The notes under the pieces: generated by a model
What the model saw: only the letters and a program-made list of their open reading frames with translations
The model's database searches: none
What the model was told of the DNA's origin: nothing
Part shown: in pieces, positions 17,431 through 29,539 of the stretch
Numbering within the stretch: the stretch's first letter is position 1
Layout: every line of letters begins with the position of its first letter
Made by a program: the position numbers and the translations under genes
Sequence record: NC_054905.1
Origin: Enterobacteria phage Kha5h
DNA length: 64,000 bases
Strand: one strand, 5' to 3'

Positions 17431-19410
17431 ATGACTTTATTATCTCCGGGCATTGAGCTCAAAGAAACTACGGTTCAAAGCACCGTGGTTAATAACTCTA
17501 CTGGTACAGCAGCTTTGGCCGGTAAATTCCAGTGGGGTCCTGCTTTTCAGATTAAACAGGTTACAAATGAAGTAGATTTAGTTAATACTTTTGGTCAACC
17601 AACCGCTGAAACTGCTGACTATTTTATGTCTGCGATGAATTTCTTGCAGTACGGAAATGACTTACGAGTAGTTCGTGCTGTTGATAGAGATACCGCTAAA
17701 AACTCATCTCCGATTGCTGGTAATATTGAATACACAATTTCTACCCCAGGTAGTAACTATGCAGTTGGAGATAAAATCACGGTCAAATATGTTTCAGATG
17801 ATATTGAAACTGAAGGTAAAATTACTGAAGTAGACGCAGATGGAAAAATCAAGAAAATTAATATTCCTACTGCAAAAATTATCGCTAAAGCGAAAGAAGT
17901 CGGTGAATATCCAACACTAGGTTCTAACTGGACTGCGGAAATTTCTTCATCTTCCTCTGGTTTAGCTGCAGTAATAACTCTCGGAAAAATTATTACTGAT
18001 TCTGGTATTTTATTAGCTGAAATTGAAAATGCTGAAGCTGCTATGACAGCGGTTGACTTTCAAGCAAATCTCGAAAAATATGGAATTCCAGGAGTAGTAG
18101 CTCTTTATCCAGGCGAATTAGGCGATAAAATTGAAATTGAAATCGTATCTAAAGCTGACTATGCAAAAGGAGCTTCTGCATTACTCCCAATTTATCCAGG
18201 TGGTGGTACTCGTGCATCTACTGCCAAGGCAGTGTTTGGATATGGACCGCAGACTGACTCACAGTACGCAATTATAGTTCGTCGAAATGATGCTATTGTT
18301 CAAAGCATTGTTCTTTCAACTAAGCGCGGTGAAAAAGATATTTACGATAGTAACATCTATATCGATGACTTTTTCGCAAAAGGTGGTTCAGAATATATTT
18401 TTGCAACTGCACAAAACTGGCCAGAAGGCTTCTCTGGAATTTTAACTCTGTCTGGTGGATTATCATCAAATGCTGAAGTAACAGCAGGAGATTTGATGGA
18501 AGCTTGGGACTTCTTTGCTGACCGCGAATCTGTTGACGTTCAACTGTTTATTGCGGGTTCTTGTGCCGGTGAATCTTTAGAAACAGCATCTACTGTCCAA
18601 AAACACGTCGTTTCAATTGGGGATGCTCGTCAAGATTGCTTAGTATTGTGCTCACCACCACGTGAAACTGTAGTTGGAATTCCTGTAACTCGTGCTGTTG
18701 ATAACTTAGTCAATTGGAGAACTGCAGCAGGTTCATACACTGATAATAACTTTAATATCAGTTCAACCTATGCAGCAATCGATGGCAACTACAAATATCA
18801 GTATGACAAATATAATGATGTGAATCGTTGGGTTCCATTAGCAGCTGATATTGCTGGTTTATGCGCGAGAACCGATAACGTTTCTCAGACTTGGATGTCT
18901 CCAGCTGGTTATAATCGTGGCCAGATTCTTAACGTTATTAAACTTGCTATTGAAACTCGCCAGGCTCAGCGCGACCGTTTATACCAAGAAGCTATCAACC
19001 CGGTAACTGGTACAGGTGGTGATGGTTACGTATTGTATGGTGATAAAACAGCTACTTCTGTTCCTTCTCCGTTTGATCGTATTAACGTTCGTCGTCTGTT
19101 TAATATGTTGAAAACGAATATCGGACGTAGTTCAAAATATCGTTTGTTCGAATTAAACAACGCGTTTACTCGTTCATCATTCCGCACAGAAACTGCCCAG
19201 TACTTACAGGGAATTAAAGCTCTCGGTGGAATTTATGAATATCGTGTAGTTTGCGATACAACAAATAACACTCCGTCAGTAATTGATAGAAATGAGTTTG
19301 TTGCAACATTCTACATCCAACCGGCTAGAAGCATTAACTACATTACCTTAAACTTCGTAGCAACTGCTACCGGTGCAGATTTCGATGAGTTAACTGGTCT
19401 TGCAGGTTAA
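17431..19410 (+). CDS. 18: Tail sheath protein gp18
   Basis: 659 aa, T4 gp18 length; TATAAATA late promoter overlaps the gp17 stop just upstream. Confidence 0.92.
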   Translation: MTLLSPGIELKETTVQSTVVNNSTGTAALAGKFQWGPAFQIKQVTNEVDLVNTFGQPTAETADYFMSAMNFLQYGNDLRVVRAVDRDTAKNSSPIAGNIEYTISTPGSNYAVGDKITVKYVSDDIETEGKITEVDADGKIKKINIPTAKIIAKAKEVGEYPTLGSNWTAEISSSSSGLAAVITLGKIITDSGILLAEIENAEAAMTAVDFQANLEKYGIPGVVALYPGELGDKIEIEIVSKADYAKGASALLPIYPGGGTRASTAKAVFGYGPQTDSQYAIIVRRNDAIVQSIVLSTKRGEKDIYDSNIYIDDFFAKGGSEYIFATAQNWPEGFSGILTLSGGLSSNAEVTAGDLMEAWDFFADRESVDVQLFIAGSCAGESLETASTVQKHVVSIGDARQDCLVLCSPPRETVVGIPVTRAVDNLVNWRTAAGSYTDNNFNISSTYAAIDGNYKYQYDKYNDVNRWVPLAADIAGLCARTDNVSQTWMSPAGYNRGQILNVIKLAIETRQAQRDRLYQEAINPVTGTGGDGYVLYGDKTATSVPSPFDRINVRRLFNMLKTNIGRSSKYRLFELNNAFTRSSFRTETAQYLQGIKALGGIYEYRVVCDTTNNTPSVIDRNEFVATFYIQPARSINYITLNFVATATGADFDELTGLAG

Positions 19411-19426
19411 TACGGTGCATTCTAAA

Positions 19427-19444
19427 GGCCTGTTTCGGCAGGCC
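19427..19444 (+). terminator. Hairpin after gene 18
   Basis: GGCCTG ... CAGGCC inverted repeat immediately after the stop. Confidence 0.55.
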
Positions 19445-19445
19445 A

Positions 19446-19512
19446 TATAAATACACTATATCCTTAATTCTTTAATTCTATATGCCCTAGGTTAAACATA
19501 GGGATATAAATA
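19446..19512 (+). promoter_or_regulatory. Two late promoters (TATAAATA at about 19446 and 19505) for gene 19
   Basis: Two exact TATAAATA copies in the 116-bp gap before gene 19. Confidence 0.65.
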
Positions 19513-19526
19513 CTACAGAGGCTAAT

Positions 19527-20018
19527 ATGTTTGTAGATGATGTAACACGAGCGTTTGAATCTGGTGATTTTGCTCGACCTAACTTATTCCAAGTAGAAAT
19601 TTCTTATCTTGGACAAAATTTTACGTTCCAATGTAAAGCCACTGCTTTACCAGCTGGTATTGTAGAAAAAATTCCAGTCGGATTTATGAACCGTAAAATT
19701 AACGTGGCAGGCGATCGTACATTCGATGACTGGACTGTTACAGTAATGAACGATGAAGCTCATGATGCTCGCCAGAAGTTTGTTGATTGGCAAAGCATTG
19801 CCGCAGGACAAGGAAACGAAATTACTGGTGGAAAACCTGCAGAGTATAAAAAGAGCGCTATCGTTCGTCAATATGCTCGTGACGCTAAAACAGTAACAAA
19901 AGAAATTGAAATTAAAGGTCTGTGGCCTACTAACGTGGGTGAACTTCAATTAGATTGGGATTCAAACAATGAAATCCAAACCTTTGAAGTAACTCTTGCT
20001 CTCGATTATTGGGAATAA
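19527..20018 (+). CDS. 19: Tail tube protein gp19
   Basis: 163 aa; preceded by hairpin and two TATAAATA motifs. Confidence 0.9.
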   Translation: MFVDDVTRAFESGDFARPNLFQVEISYLGQNFTFQCKATALPAGIVEKIPVGFMNRKINVAGDRTFDDWTVTVMNDEAHDARQKFVDWQSIAAGQGNEITGGKPAEYKKSAIVRQYARDAKTVTKEIEIKGLWPTNVGELQLDWDSNNEIQTFEVTLALDYWE

Positions 20019-20024
20019 AATGAA

Positions 20025-21675
<1,651 letters not shown>

Positions 21676-21676
<1 letters not shown>

Positions 21677-21933
21677 TGGAAGGTTTAATTGAAGCTATTA
21701 AATCAAACGACCTCGTAGCCGCTCGTAAATTCTTTGCTGAAGCCATGGCTGCAAGAACGATTGATTTAATTAAAGAAGAAAAAATCGCTATCGCTCGCAA
21801 TTTCTTAATCGAAGGTGAAGAACCTGATGAAGATGACGAAGACGAAGACGAGGATGATGAAGATAGCGATGATAAAGACGACAAAAAAGACAAAGACTCT
21901 GATGAAGATGACGAAGACGAGGATGATGAATAA
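21676..21933 (+). CDS. 67: Prohead core protein gp67 with acidic C-terminal tail
   Basis: 85 aa; N-terminus [12 protein letters not shown]; C-terminal run of D/E residues; start overlaps gp20 stop. Confidence 0.85.
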
Positions 21934-22358
21934 TGCTTCTGATCCCTGAAACTCATGAATTAGTTCTCGAGAATGTCGAAGCACTTATTCCTGAAGCACA
22001 GGGTCGCTTTGACGAATTGTCTTCTGCTTTAAATAAAGACGATATAAATACAATTATCGAGAATATGCTTGATGATGAAACTGATTTAGCAATTGCATTA
22101 GCTTCTATTAATGAAGATATGCCGCTAAATGAATTCATCGTTAAACATGTTTCAGCTCGTGGTGAAATTACGCGTACTAAAGACCGCAAGACGCGTGAAC
22201 GTAATGCATTTCAAACCACCGGGCTGTCTAAAGCAAAACGTAGACAAATTGCTCGCAAAGCTACCAAAACGAAGATTGCCAATCCAGCAGGTCAATCTCG
22301 TGCTCAGCGTAAGCGTAAAAAAGCTCTTAAACGCCGTAAAGCATTAGGATTAAGCTAA
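21933..22358 (+). CDS. 68: Prohead core protein gp68
   Basis: 141 aa, synteny; basic C-terminus. Confidence 0.85.
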   Translation: MLLIPETHELVLENVEALIPEAQGRFDELSSALNKDDINTIIENMLDDETDLAIALASINEDMPLNEFIVKHVSARGEITRTKDRKTRERNAFQTTGLSKAKRRQIARKATKTKIANPAGQSRAQRKRKKALKRRKALGLS

Positions 22359-22996
22359 TGAATGAACCCCAATTACTAATTGAAACTTGGGGTCAACCTG
22401 GCGAAATTATTGATGGTGTGCCAATGCTTGAATCCCACGATGGAAAAGACTTAGGTTTAAAACCTGGTTTATACATCGAAGGAATATTCATGCAAGCGGA
22501 AGTCGTCAATAGAAATAAACGTCTTTATCCAAAACGCATATTAGAAAAAGCGGTAAAAGACTATATCAATGAGCAAGTTTTAACTAAACAAGCTCTCGGA
22601 GAATTAAATCATCCTCCACGCGCTAATGTTGACCCGATGCAAGCCGCTATCATTATAGAAGATATGTGGTGGAAAGGAAATGACGTATACGGACGAGCTC
22701 GTGTTATTGAAGGTGACCATGGTCCTGGAGATAAATTAGCAGCTAATATTCGTGCCGGATGGATTCCAGGAGTTTCTTCTCGTGGATTAGGTTCATTGAC
22801 TGACACAAATAAAGGTTATCGTATCGTAAACGAAGGATTCAAATTAACTGTAGGTGTTGATGCAGTATGGGGTCCAAGTGCTCCAGATGCATGGGTAACT
22901 CCTAAGGAAATTACCGAATCACAGACGGCGGAAGCCGATACAAGTGCCGATGACGCCTATATGGCTCTCGCAGAGGCCATGAAAAAAGCGTTATAA
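22358..22996 (+). CDS. 21: Prohead core protease gp21
   Basis: 212 aa, T4 gp21 length, synteny. Confidence 0.9.
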   Translation: MNEPQLLIETWGQPGEIIDGVPMLESHDGKDLGLKPGLYIEGIFMQAEVVNRNKRLYPKRILEKAVKDYINEQVLTKQALGELNHPPRANVDPMQAAIIIEDMWWKGNDVYGRARVIEGDHGPGDKLAANIRAGWIPGVSSRGLGSLTDTNKGYRIVNEGFKLTVGVDAVWGPSAPDAWVTPKEITESQTAEADTSADDAYMALAEAMKKAL

Positions 22997-22999
22997 ATA
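22992..22999 (+). promoter_or_regulatory. Late promoter TATAAATA for gene 22
   Basis: Exact TATAAATA overlapping the gene 21 stop. Confidence 0.65.
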
Positions 23000-23026
23000 T
23001 TATTATCTAAACAACAGGACTACAAA

Positions 23027-23836
23027 ATGCTTAAAGAACAACTGATTGCCGAAGCGCAGAAAATTGATGCTTCCGTTGCTCTTGATAGTATTTTCGAATC
23101 AGTTAATATTTCTCCGGAAGCAAAAGAAACTTTCGGCACTGTATTCGAAGCTACCGTCAAGCAGCACGCCGTTAAATTAGCTGAATCTCATATCGCTAAA
23201 ATTGCTGAAAAAGCAGAAGAAGAAGTAGAAAAAAATAAAGAAGAAGCCGAAGAAAAAGCTGAGAAGAAAATCGCTGAGCAAGCTTCTAAATTCATTGACC
23301 ATCTTGCGAAAGAATGGCTCGCTGAAAATAAATTAGCAGTTGATAAAGGCATCAAAGCCGAACTGTTTGAATCCATGCTTGGTGGATTAAAAGAGCTCTT
23401 TGTTGAACACAACGTTGTTGTTCCAGAAGAATCAGTTGATGTTGTAGCTGAAATGGAAGAAGAGCTGCAAGAACATAAAGAAGAATCAGCTCGTCTGTTC
23501 GAAGAACTCAATAAGCGTGACGCATATATCAATTATGTGCAGCGTGAAGTGGCATTGAGCGAAAGTACTAAAGATCTGACTGAGTCTCAAAAAGAAAAAG
23601 TCTCTGCTCTGGTCGAAGGTATGGATTATTCAGATGAATTCTCAAGTAAATTGAGTGCCATCGTAGAAATGGTGAAGAAGTCTAATAAAGATGAAAGCAC
23701 TATTACTGAGGGTATAAATACTCCTGATACTGAAGCAGCCGGACTGAATTTCGTCACTGAAGCTGTAGAAGATAAAGCTGCACCTGGTGCAGAAGATATT
23801 GTAAGTGTATATGCGAAAGTCGCATCTCGTTTCTAA
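23027..23836 (+). CDS. 22: Prohead core scaffold protein gp22
   Basis: 269 aa, highly charged helical sequence; late promoter TATAAATA about 30 nt upstream. Confidence 0.9.
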   Translation: MLKEQLIAEAQKIDASVALDSIFESVNISPEAKETFGTVFEATVKQHAVKLAESHIAKIAEKAEEEVEKNKEEAEEKAEKKIAEQASKFIDHLAKEWLAENKLAVDKGIKAELFESMLGGLKELFVEHNVVVPEESVDVVAEMEEELQEHKEESARLFEELNKRDAYINYVQREVALSESTKDLTESQKEKVSALVEGMDYSDEFSSKLSAIVEMVKKSNKDESTITEGINTPDTEAAGLNFVTEAVEDKAAPGAEDIVSVYAKVASRF

Positions 23837-23854
23837 TTTTAAAGGTTAACACAA

Positions 23855-25420
23855 ATGACTATCAAAACTAAAGCTGAACTTTTGAACAAATGGAAACCAT
23901 TACTGGAAGGTGAAGGTTTACCGGAAATTGCTAATAGCAAACAAGCGATTATCGCTAAAATCTTTGAAAACCAGGAAAAAGATTTCCAGACAGCTCCGGA
24001 ATATAAAGACGAAAAAATTGCTCAGGCATTCGGTTCTTTCTTAACAGAAGCTGAAATCGGTGGTGACCACGGTTACAATGCTACCAACATCGCTGCAGGT
24101 CAGACTTCTGGCGCAGTAACTCAGATTGGCCCGGCTGTTATGGGTATGGTACGTCGTGCTATTCCTAACCTGATTGCTTTCGATATTTGCGGTGTTCAAC
24201 CGATGAGCAGCCCAACCGGTCAGGTATTCGCACTCCGCGCGGTATATGGTAAAGATCCGATCGCTGCCGGTGCTAAAGAAGCATTCCACCCAATGTATGG
24301 TCCAGATGCAATGTTCTCTGGTCAGGGTGCTGCTAAGAAATTCCCAGCTCTGGCTGCTAGCACAGAAACTGTTGTAGGTGACATCTATACTCACTTCTTC
24401 CAGGAAACTGGTACTGTGTATCTGCAAGCTTCCGCTGTAGTAACAATCGATGCTAGTGCTAACGATGCAACTAAACTGGATGCTGAAATTAAGAAACAAA
24501 TGGAAGCTGGTGTACTGGTAGAAATCGCTGAAGGTATGGCTACTTCTATCGCTGAACTCCAGGAAGGTTTCAATGGTTCTACCGATAACCCGTGGAATGA
24601 AATGGGCTTCCGTATCGATAAACAAGTTATCGAAGCTAAATCTCGTCAGCTGAAAGCTGCTTACTCTATCGAATTAGCACAAGACCTCCGCGCTGTTCAC
24701 GGTATGGATGCTGATGCTGAACTGTCTGGTATTCTGGCTACCGAAATCATGCTGGAAATCAACCGCGAAGTTGTTGATTGGATTAACTACTCAGCTCAGG
24801 TTGGTAAATCTGGTATGACCCTGACTCCGGGTTCTAAAGCTGGTGTATTTGACTTCCAGGACCCAATCGATATTCGTGGTGCTCGCTGGGCAGGTGAATC
24901 CTTTAAAGCTCTGTTGTTCCAGATTGACAAAGAAGCAGTTGAAATTGCTCGTCAGACCGGTCGTGGTGAAGGTAACTTCATTATCGCTTCCCGTAACGTA
25001 GTTAACGTTCTGGCTTCAGTTGATACTGGCATTTCTTATGCTGCACAGGGTCTGGCTACCGGCTTTAACACTGATACTACCAAGTCAGTATTTGCTGGTG
25101 TTCTGGGTGGTAAATACCGTGTATATATCGACCAGTATGCTAAACAGGATTATTTCACTGTAGGTTATAAAGGTCCGAACGAAATGGATGCTGGTATTTA
25201 CTATGCTCCATATGTAGCTCTGACTCCGCTGCGTGGTTCCGATCCGAAGAACTTCCAACCAGTAATGGGATTCAAAACTCGTTACGGTATCGGTATCAAC
25301 CCATTTGCAGAATCCGCTGCTCAGGCTCCGGCTTCTCGCATCCAGAGCGGTATGCCTTCTATTCTGAATAGCCTTGGTAAAAACGCTTACTTCCGCCGTG
25401 TATATGTTAAAGGTATCTAA
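23855..25420 (+). CDS. 23: Major capsid protein gp23
   Basis: 521 aa, T4 gp23 length; strong codon bias; followed by UUCG-loop terminator. Confidence 0.95.
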   Translation: MTIKTKAELLNKWKPLLEGEGLPEIANSKQAIIAKIFENQEKDFQTAPEYKDEKIAQAFGSFLTEAEIGGDHGYNATNIAAGQTSGAVTQIGPAVMGMVRRAIPNLIAFDICGVQPMSSPTGQVFALRAVYGKDPIAAGAKEAFHPMYGPDAMFSGQGAAKKFPALAASTETVVGDIYTHFFQETGTVYLQASAVVTIDASANDATKLDAEIKKQMEAGVLVEIAEGMATSIAELQEGFNGSTDNPWNEMGFRIDKQVIEAKSRQLKAAYSIELAQDLRAVHGMDADAELSGILATEIMLEINREVVDWINYSAQVGKSGMTLTPGSKAGVFDFQDPIDIRGARWAGESFKALLFQIDKEAVEIARQTGRGEGNFIIASRNVVNVLASVDTGISYAAQGLATGFNTDTTKSVFAGVLGGKYRVYIDQYAKQDYFTVGYKGPNEMDAGIYYAPYVALTPLRGSDPKNFQPVMGFKTRYGIGINPFAESAAQAPASRIQSGMPSILNSLGKNAYFRRVYVKGI

Positions 25421-25435
25421 TCTTTGACGATTTAA

Positions 25436-25465
25436 GGGACCTTCGGGTCCCTTTAGTTGTTTTTA
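25436..25465 (+). terminator. Rho-independent terminator after gene 23
   Basis: GGGACC TTCG GGTCCC hairpin followed by T-rich tract. Confidence 0.8.
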
Positions 25466-25468
25466 TGG

Positions 25469-25476
25469 TATAAATA
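25469..25476 (+). promoter_or_regulatory. Late promoter TATAAATA for gene 24
   Basis: Exact TATAAATA about 28 nt upstream of the gene 24 ATG. Confidence 0.7.
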
Positions 25477-25503
25477 AATCATATAAACCAAAAGGAAAGC
25501 GCA

Positions 25504-26787
25504 ATGGCTAAAATCAACGAACTTCTGCGCGAATCAACCACAACGAATAGCAACTCAATCGGTCGCCCAAATCTCGTTGCTTTGACTCGCGCTACCACTA
25601 AATTAATATATTCTGACATTGTAGCAACGCAAAGAACTAATCAACCTGTTGCTGCTTTTTATGGTATCAAATACCTTAACCCAGACAATGAATTTACATT
25701 TAAAACTGGTGCTACTTATGCTGGCGAAGCTGGATATGTAGACCGAGAACAAATCACAGAATTAACAGAAGAGTCTAAATTAACTCTCAATAAAGGCGAT
25801 TTATTCAAATATAATAATATCGTTTATAAAGTATTAGAAGATACACCATTTGCTGATATTGAAGAAAGTGATTTAGAATTAGCTCTTCAGATTGCAATTG
25901 TTCTTTTAAAGGTTCGTCTATTTTCTGACGCAGCGTCAACAAGCAAATTTGAAAGCTCTGATAGTGAAATTGCGGATGCTAGATTCCAGATTAATAAATG
26001 GCAAACCGCAGTTAAATCTCGTAAACTTAAAACTGGCATCACAGTTGAATTAGCGCAAGATTTAGAAGCAAATGGATTCGATGCTCCTAATTTCTTGGAA
26101 GATTTGCTTGCAACTGAAATGGCAGATGAAATCAATAAAGATATTCTGCAATCTTTGATTACAGTATCAAAACGCTATAAAGTTACAGGAATTACTGATA
26201 CTGGATTCATTGATTTGAGTTATGCATCTGCACCTGAAGCTGGTCGTTCATTATACCGAATGGTGTGTGAAATGGTTTCGCATATCCAAAAAGAATCAAC
26301 TTATACTGCAACGTTCTGTGTTGCTTCAGCTCGTGCCGCTGCGATTCTTGCTGCATCAGGTTGGTTAAAACATAAACCAGAAGATGACAAATATCTTTCA
26401 CAAAATGCCTACGGGTTCTTAGCTAATGGTTTACCGCTTTATTGTGATACCAACAGCCCATTAGATTATGTAATCGTTGGCGTAGTAGAAAATATCGGTG
26501 AAAAAGAAATTGTTGGATCAATTTTCTATGCTCCGTATACAGAAGGTCTCGACTTAGATGACCCTGAACATGTAGGTGCATTTAAAGTTGTAGTTGATCC
26601 AGAAAGCTTACAGCCGTCTATCGGTTTATTAGTTAGATATGCTTTATCAGCAAATCCTTATACCGTAGCAAAAGATGAAAAAGAAGCAAGAATAATTGAC
26701 GGTGGAGACATGGATAAAATGGCGGGTCGTTCAGATTTGTCTGTTTTATTAGGTGTTAAATTACCAAAAATTATTATTGATGAATAA
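25504..26787 (+). CDS. 24: Capsid vertex protein gp24
   Basis: 427 aa, gp23 paralog position; own TATAAATA promoter at about 25469. Confidence 0.9.
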   Translation: MAKINELLRESTTTNSNSIGRPNLVALTRATTKLIYSDIVATQRTNQPVAAFYGIKYLNPDNEFTFKTGATYAGEAGYVDREQITELTEESKLTLNKGDLFKYNNIVYKVLEDTPFADIEESDLELALQIAIVLLKVRLFSDAASTSKFESSDSEIADARFQINKWQTAVKSRKLKTGITVELAQDLEANGFDAPNFLEDLLATEMADEINKDILQSLITVSKRYKVTGITDTGFIDLSYASAPEAGRSLYRMVCEMVSHIQKESTYTATFCVASARAAAILAASGWLKHKPEDDKYLSQNAYGFLANGLPLYCDTNSPLDYVIVGVVENIGEKEIVGSIFYAPYTEGLDLDDPEHVGAFKVVVDPESLQPSIGLLVRYALSANPYTVAKDEKEARIIDGGDMDKMAGRSDLSVLLGVKLPKIIIDE

Positions 26788-26793
26788 AACAAA

Positions 26794-26815
26794 GGGACCT
26801 TTCGGTCCCTTTTTA
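26794..26815. terminator. Bidirectional terminator between convergent gene 24 and rnlB
   Basis: GGGACC TTTC GGTCCC hairpin flanked by A-run on one side and T-run on the other. Confidence 0.8.
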
Positions 26816-26816
26816 T

Positions 26817-27821
26817 TTAGCTCACCAACTCAATCCAAGCTGGACGAAGTACATCTTGCACCATTTTAACTAATTCCTTTTTAATCAAAGAAGGATTATC
26901 TGCTTGAGTTAAAGTAATACCTTCACGAGAAGTTTCTTCCAAAATATCTTGAACAGTTAGCCCCATCACCTTTCCAAAATCCTTTGGACCAATTTCACCA
27001 ATTTTAGAAATAACGTTATTTACTCGGTTTAGTGTAACGTAACAAGCTAAAATCCCCACCAATTTGTTATCAGCTTCTGACAGTTCAACTTTAGCTTTAA
27101 TAGGCTTATCAGACTTTTTCTTTTCACTAAATTTAGAATTCTTACATTTGATGGCTACACGATTGCGATTAGGCAGCCAAGAAGGATAACAAGGTTTCAA
27201 TACATATCCTTCAGCGGTAAATACTTCGCCTTTGGCTTCAGCTTTCCAAACACATTTGTTAGCGTCAATTAAACCTGCATTATCTACGGTAAAATTATAA
27301 GACGGAACAACAGAATCCAAATCATTTGGAAGTTTAATAAGATCTTCAAATTTACCACGACCCAAAAGTGGAGCGATTTTAAACCCAAATGAATTACAAA
27401 ACGATTCCATCATGTAATCATCAACATAAGTTACATCGCCACTTTCTGTAGTGACAATAATGTCAAATACATAAAAATCTTTATCGCCATAATCAACATT
27501 CTTCTGAATGCCAGGTCCAGCGAATTCGCCAAAGACTTGATAAGATACAACCGCTGAGGTTTCCATAATATCTTGTACTGCTTTAATGGAATCAGCATAA
27601 TTCTTTAAAATAATTTCATACCCAAAGAAATCTTCAGCAGGAAGAATAGGACCAGTACGTTTAGCGCAAGTTACTTTATCACGCTCAATAATCAATGAGA
27701 AATTTGTGCCGTGAATCTTTTCACGAGCTACCCATTCGCCGCCAGTCAATCCCAGGCTATAAAGTTTTTCAATAAATTTAGAGTTGTAATGATTTTCAAG
27801 ACTGCTATACTTTTTAAACAT
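26817..27821 (-). CDS. rnlB: RNA ligase 2
   Basis: 334 aa; nucleotidyltransferase motif I KIHGTN; T4 Rnl2 length and position after gene 24. Confidence 0.9.
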   Translation of the reverse strand: MFKKYSSLENHYNSKFIEKLYSLGLTGGEWVAREKIHGTNFSLIIERDKVTCAKRTGPILPAEDFFGYEIILKNYADSIKAVQDIMETSAVVSYQVFGEFAGPGIQKNVDYGDKDFYVFDIIVTTESGDVTYVDDYMMESFCNSFGFKIAPLLGRGKFEDLIKLPNDLDSVVPSYNFTVDNAGLIDANKCVWKAEAKGEVFTAEGYVLKPCYPSWLPNRNRVAIKCKNSKFSEKKKSDKPIKAKVELSEADNKLVGILACYVTLNRVNNVISKIGEIGPKDFGKVMGLTVQDILEETSREGITLTQADNPSLIKKELVKMVQDVLRPAWIELVS

Positions 27822-27830
27822 AATTAATCC

Positions 27831-28109
27831 TCAAAATGTAATTTCTAACCAATCACCATCACGCTGATCACTATTGACTTTAAAATTAAATCCTTCTTTT
27901 CTCAGCCAATCACCAATTTCTTCAGTAATCAATTTATCGCGAGCAGTACAATAATAACTAAAATATGTTTTACCTTGTTCAGCTGCTTTATTAGCAAGTT
28001 CTGAAAAATCTTTAATAAAACACTCTAGCTTAAACTGTTTACTTTTGAATGCTTTTTCGCGTAATTGATTAGCAAAAGATTCATTTTCATAAAGATCATA
28101 CTGTTCCAT
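27831..28109 (-). CDS. Hypothetical protein (24.2-like)
   Basis: 92 aa ORF on - strand downstream of rnlB direction; no recognisable motif. Confidence 0.6.
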   Translation of the reverse strand: MEQYDLYENESFANQLREKAFKSKQFKLECFIKDFSELANKAAEQGKTYFSYYCTARDKLITEEIGDWLRKEGFNFKVNSDQRDGDWLEITF

Positions 28110-28311
28110 TTTTCACCTTTTTATTGATATGTCTTTTTCTATAGACAACTTTTTCTCGAGTTTCAAATTTATTCTTAGCAGTCATAGCTCGAGCCCATAA
28201 TACAGCCACTTCTTTCGCCTGTAAATTTAATTCACGAGCAATTTCAATGAATGACTTTCCAGACTCATGAAGAGTAAACACCACAACCTCAGTTCTCATA
28301 ATTAATCTCAT
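28096..28311 (-). CDS. Hypothetical small protein (24.3-like); start uncertain
   Basis: 71 aa ORF with alternative internal start M5; possible helix-turn-helix-like segment. Confidence 0.5.
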   Translation of the reverse strand: MRLIMRTEVVVFTLHESGKSFIEIARELNLQAKEVAVLWARAMTAKNKFETREKVVYRKRHINKKVKNGTV

Positions 28312-28380
28312 GTTATCGAGTTGGTGCCATTATATACATCATTTTCTGATTGTGTTTTGTGTGCTTTCAAAATGAAGAAA

Positions 28381-28396
28381 GGGGCCGAAGCCCCTA
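28381..28396 (-). terminator. UUCG-loop hairpin after hoc
   Basis: Reverse strand GGGGC TTCG GCCCC followed by T-rich sequence. Confidence 0.65.
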
Positions 28397-28399
28397 CGA

Positions 28400-29530
28400 T
28401 TATGGATAGGTATAGATGATACCAGTTTCTAAAGCAGTTTTGTGAATGATGTATCCATTACGCGATTCTTGGACATCAACTTCTGGATAATCTTTCATCA
28501 TCTTCTGAAGAGTGTAACGATGCAGGTAGTATTTACTATCTGGATCTTCAGTTTTCCAATCTTTACCTTCTTCAGTCATTTTTTGAATTTCATCCATAAC
28601 CCACCAACCGCACCAGATGTAAGCTGAGCTACGGTGTGGAAGAGGATGAACATAAGGTAATTCACCTTCTGGTTCCGGAGCAACTTTATCAGTTACCTGA
28701 ACTTGACCTTCTGCTGTAATAGTTTTGCTATCATAGTCATCTGCAGTAACGACGGCAGTCACTTCAATAGTTTGACTTCCAACAGATGAAGTATCAACGG
28801 TATATACATTAGTTGACCCTTCTACAGGAGAAGAATCTTTCTTCCATGAATACGCAATTTGCGCTTCTTCTGGAGCATCAGTGACATTAGCGGTAAATGT
28901 AGCCGAAGCATCTTGTTGAACGTTAATAGAAGGAGGAGTCAATGTAACCTGCGGATTCATTGTCTTCTTATTAACTGTTAATGATACTTCATTAGAAGTA
29001 ACTTCCTTTGCATCATAATCTGTCGCGGTTACTTGAGCCACACACTTAATTGTTTTAACTCCGCTTGTGGTAGGAGTGTAATTGAATGTAGTAGAAGTTG
29101 CTTCGCCTACAGGAGAACCGTCAACGTGCCATTGATACGTAGCAGATGCGCCTGGTGGTTGAGAAGCTAAGGCAGCAGTAAATTGAACTGGGGTTCCAAT
29201 TACTCCAGCTGAAGGACTATCGGGAGTTACTGCCAAGGTAGTCGTCTGTGTCTTATTTTGAACTGTGATAGTTGTAGTAGCTTCTGCTGTTTCAGCTTCA
29301 GCTTCTGGAACTGTATTTGTTGCAACTACTTTAATAGTCTTTTGACCGGCAGGTCCCTTTAGTACATAACTAAAAGTTGCTTCAGCTCCATCTTGTGGAA
29401 CATCATCTACAGTCCAAGCATATGTAATAGGTCCATCTCCAGTTTGACCACTGGGTGTAGCAGTAAACTGCTGAGTCTGATCTATAACTCCAGTAGGTGT
29501 TTTAGGAGTTATATCAACTGTAAAAGCCAT
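28400..29530 (-). CDS. hoc: Highly immunogenic outer capsid protein Hoc (Ig-like domains)
   Basis: 376 aa, T4 Hoc length; internally repeated T/V-rich Ig-like segments; terminator hairpin immediately downstream. Confidence 0.9.
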   Translation of the reverse strand: MAFTVDITPKTPTGVIDQTQQFTATPSGQTGDGPITYAWTVDDVPQDGAEATFSYVLKGPAGQKTIKVVATNTVPEAEAETAEATTTITVQNKTQTTTLAVTPDSPSAGVIGTPVQFTAALASQPPGASATYQWHVDGSPVGEATSTTFNYTPTTSGVKTIKCVAQVTATDYDAKEVTSNEVSLTVNKKTMNPQVTLTPPSINVQQDASATFTANVTDAPEEAQIAYSWKKDSSPVEGSTNVYTVDTSSVGSQTIEVTAVVTADDYDSKTITAEGQVQVTDKVAPEPEGELPYVHPLPHRSSAYIWCGWWVMDEIQKMTEEGKDWKTEDPDSKYYLHRYTLQKMMKDYPEVDVQESRNGYIIHKTALETGIIYTYP

Positions 29531-29539
29531 AAGTTATCC

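Noticed and set aside
23188-23532. 114-aa Ser-rich - strand ORF inside gene 22
   Set aside because: Antisense to the well-supported scaffold gene; composition reflects the charged codon repeats of gp22
24041-24625. 194-aa and 60-aa - strand ORFs inside gene 23
   Set aside because: Fully nested antisense to the major capsid gene, which has strong identity and expression signals
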